64,000 bases of DNA from an uncultured Bacteriovoracaceae bacterium (lineage in GTDB: Bacteria > Bdellovibrionota > Bacteriovoracia > Bacteriovoracales > Bacteriovoracaceae). A program made the position numbers and the translations under genes. This document shows positions 18,812 to 29,097 of the stretch, piece after piece. Every line of letters begins with the position of its first letter. The first letter of the stretch is position 1. The notes beneath the pieces are model-generated. The model did not search any database, was not told the DNA's origin, and saw only the letters and a list, made by a program, of their open reading frames with translations. The stretch covers positions 49,204-113,203 of the forward strand of contig CAXGUD010000009.1 in assembly GCA_964012805.1 (NCBI GenBank), in the 5' to 3' direction.

Positions 18812-20467
18812 CTATAAATTCATAAGTGAGATTCTATGCTTATAATGCATGTACCTAAGAGCATAAATACCGTAATAAAAATCTATAGGTAAAGAGAGAA
18901 TTTTGGGTTTATCTGTTTCAAAGAAATTGCCCCTATAGCCTTCCAGTTGCCTTAATAGCTCCCTAGCAATCAAAGCCTCAAGGTTTTTCCGCCACGGAGG
19001 AAGCTTCCAAAGGGTCTTTTTAGATATAACTTGGTCTCTTATGTGAGCGGTAAAAAGCTTTTTCAATGATTTGATCTTTTTCTTATTCCCTAGCCGCCGG
19101 GCTTCGATCAACTCACTTCTCTGCCAACTTAGAAAGCTTTTAGGCAATTTTATGGTAATTGTTGTCTTCAACTTACCAAGCATACTCACAACTCTATCTA
19201 ATTCACCAAGATTAACATCAAGTTTTACGCCAAAGTCTGGGTTTAAGTTGTTAAAATAGAGCTTCTTTCGAACAGGTTCTATAATAAAGGACTCTTCAAA
19301 AAGAATTTCTTCATTAAAGTGGTTATTCTGCTTTTTTGCCCACCTTCTCCACGACCTCTCCATAGAAGCCTTGGTAAATTCTAGTCCATCATTTAATTTT
19401 TTTGCTCCCACTAAGAGATCCGGAATACCAGTTATAAGCGCAATCATTTGAGAGACCATCAAATTATCTTCAATCAAGTCTTTTTTCTCTATTATTCTTT
19501 TCACTCGTGGTTCTTGGTTTTTATAAGTGTACCCAGCTTCAAGAAAATCTTCACAATAGAGGTTTTCAAGATCTCTTTTAAACGTTTTAGACCCTATTGA
19601 TTTCCATCGAAGGTTATTAAACTTCTTGTGTCCCACACGTCTACAAATATACTCTTCACACCAGACTTGAACTGTTTTTAAATTTCTTTTAGGTAGGCTT
19701 TTATTCTGGACTTCGTCCCAAACGAGCCCTTTGTTAGTCAATTGCCTTATTACAAAAGAAATGATGGAAGGGTGCTTTGCTAAAGGAACTAAAAGCCGCA
19801 AGTTTTGAGCATCATTACCCCAAGAGCAAAAAGCTCTAAAAAGCTTAATTGAATACATAAATTCTTGCTCAAGCTTTTCCCTTTCTCCATTAATTTGAAG
19901 AAGACTCCTAGGGAAAAAAGGGTTCTTCTCAATATTTGGGATCTCAAGCTTTTTTCCACTAGAACTAAATTGAAGCTTGAAGTTTTTTTTAAGTTGTCTC
20001 TGGCTAATTATCGTCATATTTTTAGAGCAAAAATTATTCGTTAAATTTTGCACTAGGTTGTTAAAATCACTTTTTTTTAATTCAAGCTCTTTTGAATAAT
20101 CTGAAATGGCCCTCAAGGTCAGGTCAATTCCAATGTACTGAAGAGTTGCTAATAGAGACCTTTTGGTCTCAACCCTTTCTTTATAAGTTGAATATCTAAT
20201 CTTTCTTTCTACCTTACAGTAGTTTTTAAGTTTTTGACCCTCAAGATAGAAACCTCTAAAGTATCCCAATTGTCTTTTTAAATCTTTATAGTCACTTGAT
20301 GAGTTTAAAGGTTCTTCACGTCTGAAAATATACTCAAGGGGATCACTTTTTTCCCTCTTATAAAGAGAAGAGAAGTCTCCTAAAACAAGGCTCTCAACTG
20401 GTACCAGGGAGTATACCTTGGAAATACAAAATAAAAATAAAAGTGATATGGAGGCAATTTTTCTCAC
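18812..20467 (-). CDS. Hypothetical secreted, Cys-rich protein
   Basis: 551-aa ORF, signal peptide, multiple Cys. Confidence 0.75.
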   Translation of the reverse strand: MRKIASISLLFLFCISKVYSLVPVESLVLGDFSSLYKREKSDPLEYIFRREEPLNSSSDYKDLKRQLGYFRGFYLEGQKLKNYCKVERKIRYSTYKERVETKRSLLATLQYIGIDLTLRAISDYSKELELKKSDFNNLVQNLTNNFCSKNMTIISQRQLKKNFKLQFSSSGKKLEIPNIEKNPFFPRSLLQINGEREKLEQEFMYSIKLFRAFCSWGNDAQNLRLLVPLAKHPSIISFVIRQLTNKGLVWDEVQNKSLPKRNLKTVQVWCEEYICRRVGHKKFNNLRWKSIGSKTFKRDLENLYCEDFLEAGYTYKNQEPRVKRIIEKKDLIEDNLMVSQMIALITGIPDLLVGAKKLNDGLEFTKASMERSWRRWAKKQNNHFNEEILFEESFIIEPVRKKLYFNNLNPDFGVKLDVNLGELDRVVSMLGKLKTTITIKLPKSFLSWQRSELIEARRLGNKKKIKSLKKLFTAHIRDQVISKKTLWKLPPWRKNLEALIARELLRQLEGYRGNFFETDKPKILSLPIDFYYGIYALRYMHYKHRISLMNL

Positions 20468-20485
20468 TTCAACACCCTCTCATGT

Positions 20486-20512
20486 TTATCGGGCATTCAA
20501 AAAAATAATTTA
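20486..20512 (-). promoter_or_regulatory. Sigma-28 (FliA)-type promoter
   Basis: TAAA-N15-CCCGATAA versus consensus TAAA-N15-GCCGATAA. Confidence 0.65.
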
Positions 20513-20588
20513 TAATAATTACCCTAAAAAAGACTTTCATCTATTTCGTAATAAATTTACCCATCCTCTATAGTCCTTTGAAACCAAA

Positions 20589-20615
20589 TAAGGTTATCAA
20601 ATCTCCAACCGATGA
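20589..20615 (+). promoter_or_regulatory. Sigma-28 (FliA)-type promoter
   Basis: TAAG-N15-ACCGATGA, 7 nt before ATG 20623. Confidence 0.5.
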
Positions 20616-20622
20616 ATCTTCC

Positions 20623-22041
20623 ATGAAAAGTACTTCTTTTTGTAAAAACATTATGACCATTTTTTTTTCGCTGCTTGTAGTAAACCTCCAACAAGCCATT
20701 GGGGAGGAAAAAATTGCCTGGGAGAAAATGAGCCAGGGAGATGTCCTAGATTATTTTCAAGTTATTAAAGAAAAAAAGAATAAAAAAAATTCCTTTTTTC
20801 TAAAAAAAGCCAAATTTAATATTATTAATGGTAATTTAAAGGCTGCGGAATTCTATTTAAAAAATATCTCTTCAAAGAATAAAGCTATTGTCTATCCAAA
20901 AAAAAGACTCCAATCCCTAATATATTTTCTTAAAGAAGACTATGTTAACTCTCTTAAAATTCTTGAAGACCCTGAGTTTTCATTTTTCTCTTTTTATAAG
21001 GAAACTTGTTTAATCAAAATCCTAAATTTAATGGCCCTTAGCAAAACTGAAAAGCTTTCAAAAGAAACTGAATTATGCCAAGAAGCATCTTTAAAATACT
21101 CTAAAAAAGATCATTTCTGGCTTAAAAATACTGTAAAAGTAAAAAATGGTTATGCTATTCAAATTGGACAAGAGTCTCCCCTTCAACTCAAAAAGCTTTT
21201 TGAAGATAAAGAAATGACTACTTTATGGTTAAAATTAGCAATTTTCCTTAATAAGGAAGAGAATATTGTTTCAAAATTGCCTAAACTTCCAAAAAAGCTT
21301 TATCGATCAAAAAAAATCAGAGAGCTAATCAGCTTTATATACTACAGGCTTAATCAAAAAAGTTTGGCTCTAGACTTTATTGAGGATATTTCGACAGCAA
21401 ACTCAGAGAATATCAAAGGAAATTTGCGGCTAAAAGATAAGGAATTTGAGCTAGCTTACGGACATTTCCAACTCGCATTGAAAAATAAAGTTAATTCAAA
21501 AAATGCACTCGAAAGATCTCTTCCCCTTTCCTGGATACTCAGAAAATGGAAACAAGGTAAAAAACACCTAAGCTCTATTTTAAGCGAAGATATAGACCCT
21601 AGAAAAAAGCGGTCTCTTGACACTGCATTTCTTATCCAAATGGGCCTTTTTAAAAAAGCTCATGAACAATTGAAAAGGCTTAATTATGACTACACTGGTT
21701 TTATCCCCCTAGAGATTAACCTCATGAACAGCTATGTCTCCATCGTCAATAACAATGAAAAAGACCTGGATCGGTTTTCCCATGAAGCTTGCTTAAAGTT
21801 TGATGGTTTAAACTGTTGGGTTCGTTCTCAATTGCTTACTTGGGAACAGTTTCCTCAAACTCTTAAAAGAAAAGACCCCATTTATAAGGACGAACGGCTA
21901 ACGCTTGATTCCTTAATCGAGCTTTCAGTTTTGCGACCTCTAAAAGAAGAGCTTATTGTGGACCAAAAAGACATTGAGGAGTTGGATAGCGCAGAAGTTA
22001 ATTTGCCTAAAAGTCTTCATTACAAGGGCATTTTTGATTAA
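20623..22041 (+). CDS. Secreted TPR-like protein
   Basis: Signal-peptide-like segment and helical TPR-like repeats (IKGNLRLKDKEFELAYGHFQLALK); start uncertain (track gives 20578). Confidence 0.65.
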   Translation: MKSTSFCKNIMTIFFSLLVVNLQQAIGEEKIAWEKMSQGDVLDYFQVIKEKKNKKNSFFLKKAKFNIINGNLKAAEFYLKNISSKNKAIVYPKKRLQSLIYFLKEDYVNSLKILEDPEFSFFSFYKETCLIKILNLMALSKTEKLSKETELCQEASLKYSKKDHFWLKNTVKVKNGYAIQIGQESPLQLKKLFEDKEMTTLWLKLAIFLNKEENIVSKLPKLPKKLYRSKKIRELISFIYYRLNQKSLALDFIEDISTANSENIKGNLRLKDKEFELAYGHFQLALKNKVNSKNALERSLPLSWILRKWKQGKKHLSSILSEDIDPRKKRSLDTAFLIQMGLFKKAHEQLKRLNYDYTGFIPLEINLMNSYVSIVNNNEKDLDRFSHEACLKFDGLNCWVRSQLLTWEQFPQTLKRKDPIYKDERLTLDSLIELSVLRPLKEELIVDQKDIEELDSAEVNLPKSLHYKGIFD

Positions 22042-22045
22042 TTGC

Positions 22046-22080
22046 AAAAAAAAAGCACTCCCAAAGAGAGTGCTTTTTTT
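22046..22080. terminator. Bidirectional terminator between converging genes
   Basis: A-tract-GCACTC-CCAAAGA-GAGTGC-T-tract. Confidence 0.8.
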
Positions 22081-22102
22081 AGATTTCTTTATAAAGGTAT
22101 TC

Positions 22103-22378
22103 TTAAAGAAGATCTTTCCAAGCTTTTCCTGGTCTAAACTTTGGCACATTTTTTGCCTTAATTTTAAGTTTTTCACCAGTCGCTGGGTTAATCCCTGTTC
22201 TAGCTTTTCTTCTTACCTTAGTAAAAGTACCAAAGCCGATCAAAGAAACGTCTTCACCTTTTTTAACAGCTTTCTTGATCACATCTAAAGTTGTGTTCAA
22301 AAAAAGTTCCGCATCTTTTTTTGTCAATTCAAGTCCAGAGTCCTTGGCAACCTTTTCTAATAATTCCTGCCTGTTCAT
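22103..22378 (-). CDS. hup: DNA-binding protein HU
   Basis: VSLIGFGTF, ARTGINPATGE, PKFRPGK. Confidence 0.93.
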   Translation of the reverse strand: MNRQELLEKVAKDSGLELTKKDAELFLNTTLDVIKKAVKKGEDVSLIGFGTFTKVRRKARTGINPATGEKLKIKAKNVPKFRPGKAWKDLL

Positions 22379-22461
22379 AAATTCCCCTTTTTTGGTTCTC
22401 CCGAATTATTTTTTATTATAATTCCGGGGGCAATTAACTAGCCTAAAATTAATATGTAGCT

Positions 22462-22491
22462 ATTGTAATCAGGACATTCCCCTTATTGCAA
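22462..22491 (-). promoter_or_regulatory. Putative sigma-70 promoter of HU
   Basis: TTGCAA-N18-TACAAT. Confidence 0.4.
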
Positions 22492-22761
22492 TACATTTTT
22501 TTTTAAAAAGTTAAAGAGGTCTTAAAGAAAGGGGTTTTCGATCCTTCTTGGAAGATAAAACCTTGAATCGTTTATCAGTAGATCCTCTTAACCAAACCTG
22601 TTAAGTGAAAATTCCAACAAGTTGTCCAAATAAAGGCTTTGCCAATTAAGTTTTAACAAATTATTTTTCTACATTTTCCTGCTTTAAAACCGATAAAGAG
22701 GGTAATTTACGCTTTAGAACGAGCAGGGCAAAAAATAAATTGATTAAATTGGAGATCACTC

Positions 22762-23439
22762 ATGGCCTTTTTTTGGAGAAGAAAGCATTCTTTAGGGAGT
22801 AATTACCGAGAGGAAATAGTTACTGCAGCACGAAGGCTTTACGACAAAAATATTCTTGCTGCTACTGACGGCAATATCAGCTCAAAAGAAAAAGACTCCC
22901 AAATACTTATAACCCCTTCAGGAAAACAAAAAGCTTTTTTGCGTCCAGAAGAAATTATTCTCTACAATATGAAGGATAAAAACCCTAAGCAAAAAGTCTC
23001 AAGTGAGCTTGCTATGCACCTCCAAATATATAAGAGTTGTCCTAAAGCATCTTTTGTCATACATGCTCATCCTCCTTCGGCCATAGCCTGGACTATTGCC
23101 TTCCCAAAGCTAAAAAACCTACCCTACGATATTCTTCCAGAACTTATTCTCGCTGTTGGTAGCATCCCTTTTGTTCCCTACGCACGTCCCGGAACAGAAG
23201 ATATGGCAAAAAATATAATTCCCTACCTACCTCAGCATAAAGCACTTATTTTAACGAGGCATGGAGCCCTTAGCTGGGGAGAAACAATGGAGGAAGCCAT
23301 TAATGGTATGGAAAGAATTGAGCATACCGCCCATATCCTTATGATGGCCAAAAAGCTCAGGGGATTGACAACTCTTCCGCAAGATGAAATTCAATATCTT
23401 CAGGAAAAAAGAAAGCAAATCGGAGATATTAATTTATGA
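22762..23439 (+). CDS. Class II aldolase/adducin family protein (FucA/Ald2/MtnB-like)
   Basis: DGNIS, TPSG, SSELAMH, HAHP, RHG metal motifs. Confidence 0.85.
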   Translation: MAFFWRRKHSLGSNYREEIVTAARRLYDKNILAATDGNISSKEKDSQILITPSGKQKAFLRPEEIILYNMKDKNPKQKVSSELAMHLQIYKSCPKASFVIHAHPPSAIAWTIAFPKLKNLPYDILPELILAVGSIPFVPYARPGTEDMAKNIIPYLPQHKALILTRHGALSWGETMEEAINGMERIEHTAHILMMAKKLRGLTTLPQDEIQYLQEKRKQIGDINL

Positions 23440-24455
23440 AAGACCTCGAATCTATGTCACTCAAAGTTGAAAATGGAAAGTTATTTGTTCTTGACCAGCA
23501 AATGCTCCCTCATCAAGAAGACTGGATCGAATCCAAAACACCTGAAGAAATGTCTAAAATTATTCTTGACTTAAAAACTAGAGGTGCTCCTCTCATAGGA
23601 GTCTCAGCTGTTTTAAGCTTGGCCCTTTATGCAGAAAAAGAACCTCATCCTGAAAAAATCATGGCCAAAGCTGAACTCCTAAGAAGCTCAAGACCAACTG
23701 CTGTAAACCTCATGAATGCGATTGATAGGGTCCTCGAGGTAGGACAAAAGACTCAATGGGATACTCTAGAAATTACGAAGGAAGCTGAAAATATTTTTGA
23801 AGAAGATGTCGAACTTTGCGAGAAAATGGCCTCGATTGGATCTCAACTTATAAAGCCTAATGAAAACGTCCTCACTCATTGCAATACTGGAGGCTTGGCA
23901 ACGGTTGGGAGAGGCACAGCTCTAGGAGTTATTTCTAAAGCTTACGAAAACCAAAAAGGAATTCACGTCTATGTAGACGAAACAAGGCCTCTCCTCCAAG
24001 GTGGAAGGTTAACAACTTGGGAACTTGAATCTCTAGGTATTCCCTACACTCTTATTTGTGACAATATGGCAGGACAACTCATGAGCGTGGGTAAGATAGA
24101 TAGAATTTTTGTTGGCGCAGATAGAATTGCTGCAAACGGCGACTTTGCCAACAAAATAGGAACTTACTCCCTTGCAGTTAATGCAAAATTCCACAAAGTT
24201 CCCTTCTACGTGGTGGCCCCCTTCACAACATTCGACAAAAATTGCCCTAATGGCAAAGAAATCCCTATTGAACAAAGGGAGCCAGATGAAGTGAGGGGCG
24301 TAAAAGGAAGTTTTGGCAAAGTTGTTTGGAGTCCCAAAAATGCAGAAACTTATAACCCGGCCTTTGATGTAACCCCGGAAAGCCTGGTGTCGGGATATGT
24401 CTTAGATAAAGGGCTCTTTAAAGCAAGTGAACTTTCTAAAGCTTTCGAAAATTAG
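23436..24455 (+). CDS. mtnA: S-methyl-5-thioribose-1-phosphate isomerase
   Basis: RGAPLIG, RPTAVNL, THCNTGGLAT, DETRPLLQG, NPAFDVTP. Confidence 0.95.
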   Translation: MKDLESMSLKVENGKLFVLDQQMLPHQEDWIESKTPEEMSKIILDLKTRGAPLIGVSAVLSLALYAEKEPHPEKIMAKAELLRSSRPTAVNLMNAIDRVLEVGQKTQWDTLEITKEAENIFEEDVELCEKMASIGSQLIKPNENVLTHCNTGGLATVGRGTALGVISKAYENQKGIHVYVDETRPLLQGGRLTTWELESLGIPYTLICDNMAGQLMSVGKIDRIFVGADRIAANGDFANKIGTYSLAVNAKFHKVPFYVVAPFTTFDKNCPNGKEIPIEQREPDEVRGVKGSFGKVVWSPKNAETYNPAFDVTPESLVSGYVLDKGLFKASELSKAFEN

Positions 24456-24495
24456 TTTTTAAGATTAATTTTTAAGGTTGACCTTAAAAAGGACC

Positions 24496-25269
24496 TTAAA
24501 AGATAAGGTCCTGCTTCCTCATCCAGCCCTTTTTATTTTTATCAACCTCTATTCTAACCCAGCCTTTTTCGCTTTGATCCTGTAAGTTAACCTCAGCTCC
24601 TTCATGTAGAACAAACAATTTCACATTATCCTTACCAATTCCTGAAAACACAGAAGCCTTCGAAACCTTTACAACCCCAAAATCTCTTTCCCAAAAAGCA
24701 TTATTCAAAAAGGGTATAGCGAATAACAAAACAAAAAAGAAAGATAAATTTCGCACCCATTTAAAAGACTCATATTTAAACAACAATTGGAGAAGAGAGC
24801 CAACCCAAAAGAGCACCCAAAAGCCTATTAATAAAGTTGCCGTTTCTTTTTTGTTAAGAGGAAAAAGGCCTCTTGGATCAAGAAAGGGTTTTGATTCAAC
24901 TTTATCCTTGGTTTTCGATCTCAAATACTCAAGATTGTATTTAACATCTCCATCTCGCGGAAGAACCTCACTAGATTTCTTGAAATGAAATAAAGCTTTC
25001 CCTAGCTCTCCTGCCCTAAAGTAAGCATTGCCTAAATTGAAGTGGACCTCTCCCCAAATTCTCTCATCAGACTCAAGGAGGCTTTTATACTCCTTAATCG
25101 CATCACTATATCGACCTTCATAGTAAAATTTATTGGCCTTTAAAAAATCCCCTCGGACTTTTCGAGCTTCACCGTGAGATTCACTTATCACTGAAAAAAG
25201 AATAAAAAATGAAAAAATAACTGAGGTAAAAGTGATTCTTCCTTTATTATTCATCATTAATCTGTTCAT
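24496..25269 (-). CDS. batE: BatE-like TPR + TM + SH3 protein
   Basis: TPR (FNLGNAYFRAGELGKA), 2 TM, LHEG...GWVRI...GW SH3b; operon context. Confidence 0.8.
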   Translation of the reverse strand: MNRLMMNNKGRITFTSVIFSFFILFSVISESHGEARKVRGDFLKANKFYYEGRYSDAIKEYKSLLESDERIWGEVHFNLGNAYFRAGELGKALFHFKKSSEVLPRDGDVKYNLEYLRSKTKDKVESKPFLDPRGLFPLNKKETATLLIGFWVLFWVGSLLQLLFKYESFKWVRNLSFFFVLLFAIPFLNNAFWERDFGVVKVSKASVFSGIGKDNVKLFVLHEGAEVNLQDQSEKGWVRIEVDKNKKGWMRKQDLIF

Positions 25270-27158
25270 CTTAATTCCTTTTCCATACTCTTTACTATAT
25301 TTTTCATTTTAGTCATCATTTCTCTTGGGCCTTTTTTAGCTTGCCCTCCATATTGAGCACTTTCAAAATCCTGTAGAAGATTCTTTATTTCTTTTAAAGT
25401 TTCAGGGCCTAATTGATGAGGACTTAAAACCCTATCTAAATCAAGAGGAGTTAAGGCCTTGCCATCAACATTAACTTTATCACCAATATAATCCTTAAAG
25501 ACACTAGAAGCTTGTGTTAAAAAATTATTTCCTTCGCCCACACTTTTAAGCCCTTTATTAAATTTCTTTAAAGCCTGTTCCTGCCTTCTTAAGGCGTCAT
25601 TGCCTTTAAGCCGTTCCTTCTTTTTTTGCCAAATAAAGCAGGCAACGAAAAGAAGAGGAGGCATAAAAAAAAGAACCCAAAAGATACTTTTTTCATTTAG
25701 CGAGAGACTGCCCAAAGTTTTCTCAACCTTCCTCTTTATGGGCATGAGGTCCTTTCCTTCAACCTTTATCTTTTTTTTCAATTTGGTTTGCGGTAAACCT
25801 GGAGAGACAAGATTAACTTTTTCTTCATCACCAGACTCTGCCTTTAAAATTTTAACCATAATAGGCCTAGTTGAGGTGGCCTTATAGACTCCACTCAAGG
25901 GATCAAAATAGCTTAAGTTAAAAGCAGGTATCTGTTTCTCCCCTATATCTTGAGGAACCAATGCCATTTTAAAAACACGTTTTCCAAAGACGCCCTTTTT
26001 ACTTCTTTGAATTTTTAAAACTGGTTTATCTTTATAAATTTTGAAACCAGTAATTTCTTTTTCATCTAATTTTGCATCAAAGACATTCCCACTTCCCTGA
26101 ACAGTCAAAGTAAGAGTTGTCGATTCACCTTGCCTAAGAGAGTCTTTATCAACCCTAGAAATGACCTTGAAATCACCAATAAGACCACTAAAGTTTTTAG
26201 GTTTTCCCTCTTGTGGCAAAGGCTTCGCTTCAATTTCTAAATCTTTAGTCCTAAGGCTTACCCTTTTCCTCCGGCCAAAACCTCCCCCGAAGAAAGGATC
26301 ATCAAACATATCAAAAAGGGAACCTGAACCACGCCCTCTTCCAGAACCATCCCTTATGTAAATATCCCCCAAAAAGGTCGATCCAGGAACTGTCACTTTT
26401 CCAGGCTTCGTAGGGAAAAGGGCATAATTGACTTCATACACTTTCCACTCTTTCCCTTTCACAACTTTTCTATACGACCTTCCCTCACCAAGCTCTTCCT
26501 TCCAAAAATCCTTAAATTTAGGCAAACTTATTTTAGGGTTGCTTATTTCAACACGATAATAAAGCCTAAATGTATAGATGATTTGCTCTCCAACAAAAGG
26601 GTCCTTTTTATTAACAAAGCCTTCTATCAAAAAGTTTTTATCTCTTTTCTCCTTAGCAGGCCCCTTGTGGTCATCAACGCTAGAACTTCCTTTTCCCTGA
26701 TTAGGGTTTGAGTTAACAGAAGCTCCGTCTGCAAGCACTTCTAAATTAAGAACGTCACTTTTATATTCTTTTCCATCAATAACAGCGACCACAGGACCAA
26801 CTGTAAAGGATCCTTCTTTTTTAGAATAGAGAGAGTAGTTTATCGTTTTGCTGGTACTAGCTTTACCATTAATTATCTGTACTGATGTTGAAGTTCCTCT
26901 ATTGGAAAGAGAAAACTTATCAGCATTTTCAATCCGAAGGGAATCAATACTCTGGGATCCATCAACACGAATCTGAATAGAAAATTCCTCACCTAAAGAA
27001 ATAGGGTTTTCATCAACAGTCAACCCAACCTCTATCGCTCCAACCAAAGAGGTCTTCGTCCCCAAAAAAAAGATCAGGAAAACCCAGAGGATTGAGAAGC
27101 TTTTCAAGATAGAAGCTTTGCTCGTCCCGCTTTTCAATTCTTTACCAATCTTTTTCAA
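25266..27158 (-). CDS. batD: BatD family protein
   Basis: TSVQIING, PFVGEQIIYTF, FSGLIGDF, SYFDP, C-terminal TM. Confidence 0.85.
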   Translation of the reverse strand: MKKIGKELKSGTSKASILKSFSILWVFLIFFLGTKTSLVGAIEVGLTVDENPISLGEEFSIQIRVDGSQSIDSLRIENADKFSLSNRGTSTSVQIINGKASTSKTINYSLYSKKEGSFTVGPVVAVIDGKEYKSDVLNLEVLADGASVNSNPNQGKGSSSVDDHKGPAKEKRDKNFLIEGFVNKKDPFVGEQIIYTFRLYYRVEISNPKISLPKFKDFWKEELGEGRSYRKVVKGKEWKVYEVNYALFPTKPGKVTVPGSTFLGDIYIRDGSGRGRGSGSLFDMFDDPFFGGGFGRRKRVSLRTKDLEIEAKPLPQEGKPKNFSGLIGDFKVISRVDKDSLRQGESTTLTLTVQGSGNVFDAKLDEKEITGFKIYKDKPVLKIQRSKKGVFGKRVFKMALVPQDIGEKQIPAFNLSYFDPLSGVYKATSTRPIMVKILKAESGDEEKVNLVSPGLPQTKLKKKIKVEGKDLMPIKRKVEKTLGSLSLNEKSIFWVLFFMPPLLFVACFIWQKKKERLKGNDALRRQEQALKKFNKGLKSVGEGNNFLTQASSVFKDYIGDKVNVDGKALTPLDLDRVLSPHQLGPETLKEIKNLLQDFESAQYGGQAKKGPREMMTKMKNIVKSMEKELR

Positions 27159-29073
27159 CTTGATAACTCCTTCTTCCCCGCATTTTGCGTTTTAAGTATT
27201 TTTTTCGTTCATCACTCAAAGAGTTTAGCCACCTTAATGCTTCTGCTTCACTCATTTTTTTACCCTGAGCTCCCTGTTTTGCTTTGGAAGCCTGATTTTG
27301 AATTGAAGAAGCCTGACTCTTCACCTGATCTTCTTTCTTTTTTTCTTTGTCACCTTTTTCTTCACTTTTAGAAGTTTTGGCTATACTTTCAGGCTTTTTC
27401 TCCTTACCTTCCTTACTTTTATTTCCTTCTTTTCCCTGCTCATTTTTGGAAATATTATTTTGATCATCTTTATTGGCCTTGTTTTGGTCACCTGTTTGTT
27501 GATTGTCAGCTTGTTTTCGTCCTTCCTGACCTTGTTGGTTTTTTTGATCCTTTTGACCTTTTTGACCTTTTTGACCCTTTTGATTTTTTTGACCTTTTTG
27601 ACCCTTTTGATTTTTATTACTGGCCTGTCTTTTTCTTTCCTCTTCAATTCTTCTTTTAATTTCTTTTCTGACAAAGTCTAGATTATGCTTGGCATCTTTA
27701 TCATTAGGATTTATCTCCAAAGTTTTTTTATAATATTTAACAGAGTCTTTAAGCCTTCCCATTTTATAAGCAGTATTACCAAGGTTATAATAGGATTTTG
27801 CACTTAAAGCCTTGTCCCCTTTTTTGGCCGTGGACTCGAAAAGTTTAAAGGCCTTATCATATTCCTTCATTTTATAATAAGAATTGCCCGTATTATATTT
27901 TAATTCCAAATCTTTAGGTTCTTTTACTTGAGCCTCAAGGAAACTTTTTAAGGCCTTATTATATTTCTTATTTTGGTAATCATTTTCTCCAATTTGCCTC
28001 TGGGAGTCCCATGGAGCAGCTCTAGTAACCTGTATGGGTAAAGCTGAAAATAAGAGAAAGACCATCACGCCCAAAACGGTTTGCCCTCCTTTTCGTTCCT
28101 TCACAAAGACTTCTAGAATTAGAAGAAAAAGGGCCACAAGAAGAGGCCATTGGAACCTCTCCTCAAACCGTTTTCTTTTCCCACTCACAAGCTCCTTAGA
28201 TTCAACTTTCTTTGTAATGTCATTATAAATTTTTTCTAAATCCAAGTCGCCCGTTATGGAACGGACATAACTTCCTCCTGTATCTAAAGCTATTTTTTGA
28301 AGAGTCGTCTCATCTAATTGGGTCGTTACAACATTACCACGAGAATCTTTTTTAAAGCCTCCCCTTTTTCTGTCGGGAATAGGTGCTCCTTCTTCTTTAC
28401 CAATACCTATCGTATAAATCTTAATCCCTTCTTCATGTGCCTCCTTGGCCATTTTCAATGGTTCTCCGCTATGATCCTCTCCATCGGTAATAAGTATAAG
28501 GACTCGCGACTTCTTATTTTGAGAGTCAAAAGCGCTAATAGATTTTTTTATAGCATCCCCAATAGCGGTTCCAGGTACTGGGATTAGGTCCGTATCCAGT
28601 TCATCCAAGAAAATTCTTACAGCGCCGTAGTCAAGAGTAAGAGGGCTTTGAAGAAAGCTGGTCCCTGAAAAGGCAACCAACCCAACTCTATCTCCTTGCA
28701 TCATATTAAGGAGGTCAATAATTTCACGCTTGGCCCTCTCTAAGCGATTTGGAGAAACGTCTTCGGCCAGCATACTTTCACTAACATCGAGGGCCAGAAT
28801 AATATCAACACCTCTCCGGTTCACTTCCTCCCATTGAAAACCCCATTTGGGCCTTATCAAGGCAAGGATGCAAAAAAAGAAAGCAAAAATGATAAGGAAT
28901 GCTTTGACCTTCTGCCTTTTAGCAGAGAACCCTCTAAGTAACTTGTCCTTTAAATCCTCACTAACAAAAAGCTCTAAAAGTCTTTTTTTCTTCTTAAATG
29001 CCCAAATATAAAACAAAACAAGTAAGGGAATGATGATTAAACACCACAAATATTGAAGATTCGCAAACTTCAA
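27142..29073 (-). CDS. batB: VWA + TPR protein (BatB/BatC fusion)
   Basis: MIDAS DVSESM, ITDGED, TPRs, Q/K-rich linker, terminal EKDW. Confidence 0.85.
   Translation of the reverse strand: MKFANLQYLWCLIIIPLLVLFYIWAFKKKKRLLELFVSEDLKDKLLRGFSAKRQKVKAFLIIFAFFFCILALIRPKWGFQWEEVNRRGVDIILALDVSESMLAEDVSPNRLERAKREIIDLLNMMQGDRVGLVAFSGTSFLQSPLTLDYGAVRIFLDELDTDLIPVPGTAIGDAIKKSISAFDSQNKKSRVLILITDGEDHSGEPLKMAKEAHEEGIKIYTIGIGKEEGAPIPDRKRGGFKKDSRGNVVTTQLDETTLQKIALDTGGSYVRSITGDLDLEKIYNDITKKVESKELVSGKRKRFEERFQWPLLVALFLLILEVFVKERKGGQTVLGVMVFLLFSALPIQVTRAAPWDSQRQIGENDYQNKKYNKALKSFLEAQVKEPKDLELKYNTGNSYYKMKEYDKAFKLFESTAKKGDKALSAKSYYNLGNTAYKMGRLKDSVKYYKKTLEINPNDKDAKHNLDFVRKEIKRRIEEERKRQASNKNQKGQKGQKNQKGQKGQKGQKDQKNQQGQEGRKQADNQQTGDQNKANKDDQNNISKNEQGKEGNKSKEGKEKKPESIAKTSKSEEKGDKEKKKEDQVKSQASSIQNQASKAKQGAQGKKMSEAEALRWLNSLSDERKKYLKRKMRGRRSYQVEKDW
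27538..27609 (-). repeat. 8 x 9-bp coding tandem repeat, (QK[G/N/D])8
   Basis: CAAAA(A/G)GGT-type units encoding QKGQKGQKNQKGQKGQKGQKDQKN. Confidence 0.85.
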
Positions 29074-29097
29074 GGGGTTTCTCCTCGTTCTTTTTTT

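Noticed and set aside
27381..27681. Repetitive ORFs 27381-27674 (-) and 27460-27681 (+), or a CRISPR-like array
   Set aside because: Alternative-frame shadows of the 9-bp coding repeat in batB; no spacers or cas genes
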